NCBI RefSeq assembly: GCF_011745625.1
Contig: NW_027191455.1
Span: 124,001-188,000 of the forward strand
Direction of reading: 5' to 3'
DNA length: 64,000 nucleotides
Origin: Cladosporium halotolerans
Lineage: Eukaryota
Each line of letters opens with the position of its first letter. The first letter of the stretch is position 1. The translations under genes were made by a program, and so were the position numbers. Below, piece after piece: positions 60,211 to 64,000 of the stretch. The notes under the pieces are model-generated. The model did no database searches. It was not told where the DNA came from and saw only the letters and a list, made by a program, of their open reading frames with translations.

Positions 60211-62097
60211 ATGACAGACGACGGTGACAAGCGGAAGTCGTCATGGTCATCTTGGTTTACACCAGGCGACGCACGACTCGCACAACGTTGCCCACAGCAG
60301 CATGCCACCGATGCTAAGCGCTCAACCCAGCCAACCGGCAACCGTGAGCAGGATAACATTGAGCAAATCGGAATAGACCAAAGGTCGCCCTTTGCTCCTT
60401 TCATCGCTTTCAAACATTTCATTGATGATCAAGTGGCGGCTGTCACTCAGTTTCCAAGCACTCTCGCAGAGTTGCGACAGCAAGGACAAGCCTCTGAAGC
60501 CGATGCTCAACAGAAATACATCGCGGCGTGGAAACGTTGGACGGGCAACGATCGATTTGAGCCTGGACACACACCCAGTGAGGCATGTGCGTATTTGGCG
60601 GAACTCAACAGGGATCTTTTAATGGAAGAGTCCGCGCGACGGAACCGGCATGTACCTATCGAAAAGCTTGTGGCATTATTCGCAGACAGCGATCCCATGA
60701 CAGACCTCGTCTCCGAGCTGGGATTCTATGTCCCAAGCGACTGGCTCTCGGTCTCTTGGTTCAAGCACAACCCTTACTCGCCCATCAATTTGGAGGCCGA
60801 CTCTCTCTTGGGCAAGTACGACACCAAGTGGCGACACGCTTTCGAGGACTTACTCGAGGCGTCTCTCGACAAGCCCATGACGTCTCAGGAGAAGTTTGGC
60901 CAACGTGGGTCTTTTGGTGGCGCAGAGTCGACTTGGCGTGGATCTGGTCTGAACTGGATGCTAAGCTTGCAGTGTCGCGGCATCCTCCCTCCACAGGTAC
61001 CCAGCTGGTACCATCCAGGGGCAACCGAGTCAGGATTTCGTGAAGCGTTCGAAGATCTGACAATACTGGATAAGAGCTACGACACCCACGTACCTGGAAC
61101 ATTGCCTGAAAGGCTTGATGCCGTATCAAGGGAAATGGAATCTTTGATTTGGGAGATTGCCACGCCTGCTGGTGGAGGAGACGATCAACCGGACACCGAA
61201 CTTGATGTGTATGAGCAAATTGATCAACATAAGAAAGACACAGACTACGCTTTGGCCGACTACGAGACGCAGATCTCAACTCTACACGAAACTGCGAGAA
61301 AGCGTCGAGTCTTGGATTCCGAAGTCTTGGATGCCGAAATGTCGGAAGAGTATGATGACAGTCGCGAACCCATGGAGAGGTTCGACTCAGTTGGCGATGA
61401 ATTCTACCGACTCCTCCTGGGTGAAATTGCAGACAGAATCAACGGCGAAGGATCCTGGTCGGATCATCGCTTCCGAGAAGACGTCATTCGTGAGTATCTA
61501 CGCTCTTTTCATGACGCATCAGACAATGTAATTCTGGGGCGTCACAGCCCAAGATGGCTTGCTCAGGAAATTGCAAAGATCAAGGAGACGGGCTCAAGGA
61601 TCCCAGGAAGCCCACCAGTTATGCCTTACTTGACTCACGAACTACTCGTGACGAGGGCGCTGGATGACATGATGAGCGACAGGAGCGATGTTGGGAAATT
61701 GCGCTTGGCCAACGTTCTCGACACCTTGTACTCGGGCGCCAACTTTCGGAAGCGGTATCTTGAGGAGCTGGAGTCGCGGTTAGCCAAAGCCGTTGTCGAC
61801 GTCCGCAACGCACGTCAGCTACAGTCGCCCAAAGAGACCACGTACATGGACAAAGCCGACCAGCAGCCGACGCTAGGGGACTTAGATCCACCTCAGGCCT
61901 TGTCCACTGTGACTACAACGCAGACCACCCGCCTTTCGGACGGTAGTGTTCAAACGACGATAAGCGTCAAGCGCCGCTTCGCAGACGGCCGCGAGGAGAC
62001 GCAGGAGAGCACGCAGACTTCTTTCGAGGAACCTGGTGCTCACATGGGGGACTTTGAGCGGGCAACGGCAGGCAAGAAAGGCTGGTTTTGGTCTTGA
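60211..62097 (+). CDS. Hypothetical fungal protein, 628 aa, intronless
   Basis: Long ORF with a good ATG context and motif-like blocks 'PFIAFKHFIDDQ', 'YSPINLE', 'WRHAFEDLL', 'STVTTTQTTRLSDGSVQTTISVKRRFADGREE', ending 'KKGWFWS'. Confidence 0.75.
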   Translation: MTDDGDKRKSSWSSWFTPGDARLAQRCPQQHATDAKRSTQPTGNREQDNIEQIGIDQRSPFAPFIAFKHFIDDQVAAVTQFPSTLAELRQQGQASEADAQQKYIAAWKRWTGNDRFEPGHTPSEACAYLAELNRDLLMEESARRNRHVPIEKLVALFADSDPMTDLVSELGFYVPSDWLSVSWFKHNPYSPINLEADSLLGKYDTKWRHAFEDLLEASLDKPMTSQEKFGQRGSFGGAESTWRGSGLNWMLSLQCRGILPPQVPSWYHPGATESGFREAFEDLTILDKSYDTHVPGTLPERLDAVSREMESLIWEIATPAGGGDDQPDTELDVYEQIDQHKKDTDYALADYETQISTLHETARKRRVLDSEVLDAEMSEEYDDSREPMERFDSVGDEFYRLLLGEIADRINGEGSWSDHRFREDVIREYLRSFHDASDNVILGRHSPRWLAQEIAKIKETGSRIPGSPPVMPYLTHELLVTRALDDMMSDRSDVGKLRLANVLDTLYSGANFRKRYLEELESRLAKAVVDVRNARQLQSPKETTYMDKADQQPTLGDLDPPQALSTVTTTQTTRLSDGSVQTTISVKRRFADGREETQESTQTSFEEPGAHMGDFERATAGKKGWFWS

Positions 62098-63086
62098 TTG
62101 GTTTGCTAGAGGCGTATTCAAGGAAGATGTTGCACGTGAGGGTAAGGTAACAACGTGACGATCACACGATGCGCAGAACGCAGGGCAAGGACGTTCCGGC
62201 TGTGGGGGTCTTGTGATAAGCTTTTCGGTTTGCATAGCCATCCATACACATAGCGTATGTAGGTAGCCACTCGAATGCTCCGCTCAGTAGCAAGCCTCTC
62301 GAGACGTGGAAACCGGGTTTGGCTGCCGCGATTGGCGCTGTGGGCTTGGGCGCGTGGACGGGTGTCTGACACATTGAGTAAGCCGATTGTCTCGCTTAGG
62401 CGACGGAGGCGGTCAGGCAGACGCCGAGAATAGCATGTGCCATTCGGACAATTATCCTCTCCCGGGCGTGCTTGACGCAAACAATTGTAGAAGCTGCTCG
62501 CTGCAACGACGTGGCAATAGCATGCACCGGCTGGCAGGCCCGTGAAGAGTCGCCAGCGCACAACAATGGAGCGATCGCCAGGACTACAGCGCATCGCATA
62601 CAGCCATCTTCAAAACAATCAGCATCCACGCGAGGGTCCCGCGGAATGGCATGAGCGCAGTGACGCCATGCCAAGCCCGCATGCACGGCGCCCGATCGGG
62701 CAGCGGGCAAGCATCAACGACGGCGGGACAGCAGCCAGCAGCAGCGCAGCATCAAAGCAAACAGCTGCCCCTCCATCTGCCCACACGACCCTGCGCCCTG
62801 ATACCGTACTGTGCCAGCGCACTCGAACCCTCCTCATACACTCCCTCTCTTCGCACCATTTTCGTTGCACCGCATCCTCGACACCGCCCGCCACCGCAAT
62901 TAACACAGGGCGTACCTGCATCGTGCCTGCACAGGGATCCACCTGCTGAAGGACGCTCCACACGACTTTCACGTGCGGCATTGCTTCTCCCGAGAGCTTC
63001 ACGGCAGCAACCTCCAGCACTTTCTGTGTTTGGACACGTCGGTCAATAGCCAACAAAACACCCCACCACATCACAACACTGCCGCC

Positions 63087-63945
63087 ATGGCGCACACTGC
63101 TGCCGCCCAGACCTCGCCATCCGAGGTGCCCAAGAGGCCCAGAGGTACAATCCCTGCAACCCACCTGCTGTCCCCGGCTCCAAACAAGCAGATCACTTAC
63201 CGTCTCGTCGTCCAGGCATCCTCAAGAACTCCAACTCCTTCCAGAACCAAACCTCTCCCGACGCCCGCATCTCTCCCACCAGCGAACGCCCGCCCGCCAA
63301 TGCAATCAGCGACTCCCCCGGCCCCTCCGTAGCCACCGATGGCGACCGCCCGGGCCTGCCCAACCGCGGCATGTCCGAGAAAGAGATCGTCCAGCTCAAC
63401 ACCGAGCTCAACGCCGGCGGCGCCTCGGGCCACCGCCGCACCAGCTCCAACGCCCGCAGCAGCATGAGCCGCCGCCAATCCTCCAACTCCAACTCCCAAG
63501 AGGAGCCCAATCCCCGCCTGAAATGGGACGAGGCGAACCTGTACGTCAACGAGAGCCAGATGGGCGGCCGCATGAAGATCGACGAGCCCAAGACGCCGTT
63601 CGTCAAGAACTACGACCCGGCGGACGACGAGGCGGAGATCTCGGCGCTGAACGCCAACGAGCTCAACGTCGACGAGCTCGACATGAAGCCCAAGCCCGCC
63701 GGCGCGAAGCGCGAGAGCGACATCCCGGGCCTCGACATCGGCGAGCCGGAGATGAAGCCCGCGCCGCGCAGGGACAGCGACGGCGACCGTAAGGTGGAGC
63801 TCGTCCAGGACGCGATGGATGTCGACAGCATGCACCACGGCGAGGGCGAGGGCGACATGACCAAGGAGGAGGCCGAGAAGCACAAGCATTTCGAGGAGAT
63901 GAGGAAGAAGCACTACGAGATGAAGAACATCAAGGATCTGCTTGG
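63087..63945 (+). CDS. GLC8: Protein phosphatase 1 inhibitor-2 (Glc8-like); intron 63145-63215; 3' end beyond the window (intron starts 63946)
   Basis: Spliced 'KRPR|GILKN' (SILK motif), 'RLKWDEANL', 'MKIDEPKTPF', 'FEEMRKKHYEM'. Confidence 0.9.
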
Positions 63946-64000
63946 GTGAGTGCTGTTGAGCCGAGTTTACTATCAACAACATGTTTGCTAATCGTAACCA

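Noticed and set aside
1..64000. tRNA, rRNA, transposase/RT ORFs, RIP-degraded AT-rich repeats, PKS/NRPS cluster
   Set aside because: None recognised by eye; tRNAscan-SE, Rfam and repeat-library searches would be needed to exclude small or degenerate elements.

Overview
Gene-dense, intron-containing euchromatin from a filamentous ascomycete. Short GT-AG introns with CTRAC branch points and the gene set suggest a Dothideomycete, possibly Mycosphaerellaceae-like (inference). About 25 protein-coding genes can be supported: RTA1-like, BUD22, a GH18 chitinase, PEP carboxykinase, a PhyH dioxygenase, MTAP, two Zn2Cys6 factors, a methyltransferase, DJ-1/PfpI, OXA1, an MCT-type MFS transporter, MIM1, SHP1/p47, a BBE-like FAD oxidase, a rhodopsin-domain protein, an unknown membrane protein, a C2H2+Zn2Cys6 factor, a HapX-like bZIP, a PQ-loop protein, an AIG2-like protein, a Ulp2-like SUMO protease, class II eIF4E, a conserved hypothetical protein and a Glc8/PP1 inhibitor-2 that runs off the window. 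No tRNA, rRNA, CRISPR or intact transposon was recognised. The most interesting signals are absent from the ORF track: (1) a spliced three-exon reading frame upstream of the HapX-like gene that either fuses in frame to it or ends as a uORF depending on the acceptor used; (2) an intron-hosted box C/D snoRNA candidate in an apparently non-coding transcript divergent from eIF4E; (3) a deletion scar joining two decapitated divergent genes near 6313; (4) CCG-N7-CCG sites and a structured long intron at PCK1; (5) a triplicated CGG-N2-CCG palindrome before the MFS gene next to a Zn2Cys6 gene; (6) recurrent ~1 kb GC peaks with C-rich left and G-rich right flanks regardless of gene strand. All calls were made by eye; no searches or folding programs were run.
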